A stretch of 63,988 nt of DNA from Gammaproteobacteria bacterium (GTDB lineage: Bacteria; Pseudomonadota; Gammaproteobacteria; DRLM01): positions 1-63,988 of the forward strand of contig DRLM01000077.1 in assembly GCA_011375345.1 (NCBI GenBank), written 5' to 3'. The notes below the pieces were generated by a model. That model ran no database searches, was not told the DNA's origin, and saw only the letters and a program-made list of their open reading frames with translations. Each line of letters starts with the position of its first letter. Positions within the stretch are counted from its first letter, which is position 1. Position numbers and translations under genes: made by a program. Positions 60,865-63,988 of the stretch are shown in pieces.

Positions 60865-60910
60865 GGGGCACTCTCCTTGGCTTTGGCTGCCCCCCCGGGG
60901 GGGCGCTGCC

Positions 60911-62743
<1,833 letters not shown>

Positions 62744-62926
62744 AGCTTGCCTCCATCGGTAATTTCGTTAGTCCATTATGGTTTTTGATCTGAACCGCAA
62801 AGTGCACACAGGGACGCCAAGGCGCCGCGGGACGAGTTCATTGCCACAATTCCCATCTGCCTGACTGGTGACGATGATATTGCGTGGCGGTCCTTCCGGT
62901 TCATGCTCTTACATCGTCCGCAAGGC

Positions 62927-63988
62927 TCATTTCTTTTTCTGCGGCCGTTGCCAGCCTTCCCGTGTCCGCTGCGGCGCGCGGCTGAGCGTCAGTCCGCCGG
63001 GAGGCACGTTCTTGGTGATGGTGGATCCGGCGCCGATGGTGGCACCCGCGCCCACCGTGACCGGTGCCACCAGCTGGGTGTCGGAGCCGACAAACACATC
63101 GTCCCCGATCACCGTGAGATGCTTGTTGGCGCCGTCGTAATTGCAGGTGATGGTGCCGGCACCGATGTTCACCCGCCTGCCCACCCGGCTGTCACCCACG
63201 TAACTGAGATGGTTCACTTTGGAGCCGCTGTTGATCCGGGCGTTTTTCACTTCGACGAAATTGCCAATGTGCACCTGCTCAGCCAACACCGTGCCGGGGC
63301 GGATGCGGGCATAGGGGCCCACGCGGCAAGCGGGGCCGATGTCGGCCTGGTCCAGGTTGGAGTGCGACAGCACCTCGGTTCCAGCACCAACCGTCACGTT
63401 GCGCAACAGGCAAAACGGCCCCACGCACACGCCGTCACCCAGCTCCACCCGCCCCTCCAGAACAACATTGGCGTCAATCACCACGTCGCGCCCGACAGTG
63501 ACGTCACCGCGCACGTCCAGCCGGGTGGGATCAAGCAGGGTGACGCCGGCGGTCATTAGTTCTTCGGCTCGACGACGTTGGTACGCCCGCTCCAACACGG
63601 CCAGCTGGGCTTTGCTGTTGACGCCCAGGATTTCTTCCAGGCTGCCGGCGCGGGTGCTGGCAACGGGAACCCCGTCGGCCACGGCCATGGCGATCACGTC
63701 GGTCAAATAATACTCGCCCTGCGCATTGCGGTTGTCGAGCCGGGCCACCCAGTCTTTCAGCCGCCGCGCCGGGGCGGCGAGGATGCCGGTGTTGATCTCG
63801 CGGATGGCGCGCTCGTCTTCATTGGCATCTTTGTGTTCCACGATGGCGCGGATATGGCCGTCCTCATCCCGCACGATGCGGCCGTAGCCGGTGGGATCGT
63901 CCGGCACGGCGGTGAGCAGGGCCAGGGCACCCTCGCTGCACAAACCGCACAGGCGGGTGAGGGTGTCGCCTTGAATCAGCGGCACATC
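62927..63988 (-). CDS. glmU: Bifunctional UDP-N-acetylglucosamine pyrophosphorylase / glucosamine-1-phosphate N-acetyltransferase, 3' part (N-terminus lies beyond the window end)
   Basis: ...[18 protein letters not shown]...ER.I.EINTGI.., a left-handed beta-helix hexapeptide region, and C-terminal [21 protein letters not shown]. The ORF is open to the window edge. Confidence 0.93.
   Translation of the reverse strand, partial: DVPLIQGDTLTRLCGLCSEGALALLTAVPDDPTGYGRIVRDEDGHIRAIVEHKDANEDERAIREINTGILAAPARRLKDWVARLDNRNAQGEYYLTDVIAMAVADGVPVASTRAGSLEEILGVNSKAQLAVLERAYQRRRAEELMTAGVTLLDPTRLDVRGDVTVGRDVVIDANVVLEGRVELGDGVCVGPFCLLRNVTVGAGTEVLSHSNLDQADIGPACRVGPYARIRPGTVLAEQVHIGNFVEVKNARINSGSKVNHLSYVGDSRVGRRVNIGAGTITCNYDGANKHLTVIGDDVFVGSDTQLVAPVTVGAGATIGAGSTITKNVPPGGLTLSRAPQRTREGWQRPQKKK

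Noticed and set aside
62744-62926. Possible glmS ribozyme or riboswitch in the 183-nt region upstream of glmS.
   Set aside because: To my knowledge the glmS ribozyme is a Gram-positive feature. I see no conserved core-like pseudoknot sequence here. The region simply separates glmU from glmS, with a GGAGG Shine-Dalgarno sequence.

Overview
This is a densely coding, high-GC chromosomal segment (hand-counted 60-nt lines in core genes are about 60-70% G+C). Gene content and order look gammaproteobacterial. I can support about 60 protein genes and found no rRNA, tRNA or CRISPR array.

Gene order, left to right:
- 3' end of an outer-membrane beta-barrel gene, then a decayed IS-like remnant
- hslVU
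- DUF971-ubiE-ubiJ-ubiB
- a four-gene CUT1-type sugar ABC importer
- NUDIX, DUF1820, fructosamine kinase, transaldolase and small hypotheticals
- a PLD/cardiolipin-synthase-like gene
- mpl-ubiX-LON_N
- an envelope cluster: GT39 (ArnT-like), a DedA/PAP2-like fusion, dgkA
- a c-di-GMP island: GGDEF, two tandem PilZ paralogs, GGDEF-EAL
- hemE, gltBD, an AAA+SPOR protein, WGR plus dGTPase, aroKB
- an Ig-like lipoprotein, pilMNOPQ and divergent PBP1A
- a fructokinase / sucrose-phosphate synthase / sucrose synthase operon
- a cNMP-binding protein, dienelactone hydrolase, glmS and most of glmU

The backbone order hemE-gltDB-AAA/SPOR-aroBK-pilQPONM/ponA matches what I remember of Pseudomonas aeruginosa PA5034-PA5045. 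That comparison makes three insertions stand out.

The most unusual is an AT-rich cassette of about 1 kb (30.9-31.9 kb). It encodes three small predicted membrane proteins, one of which (57 aa) is below the ORF-track cutoff. It is wedged between gltD and hemE with no mobility genes. I cannot assign it to any family, and I flag it as the best candidate for an undescribed module, possibly of conflict/defence or lysis type.

Also notable is a structured repeat family with three copies. One copy is a complete MITE-like unit with perfect 15-bp terminal inverted repeats. Another sits in the leader of the sucrose operon.

Many long ORFs in the track are antisense shadow ORFs typical of high-GC DNA and were rejected. 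Adjacent genes often overlap by ATGA/GTGA (translational coupling), and I used this to choose start codons. All family assignments are by-eye motif recognition; nothing was checked against a database.
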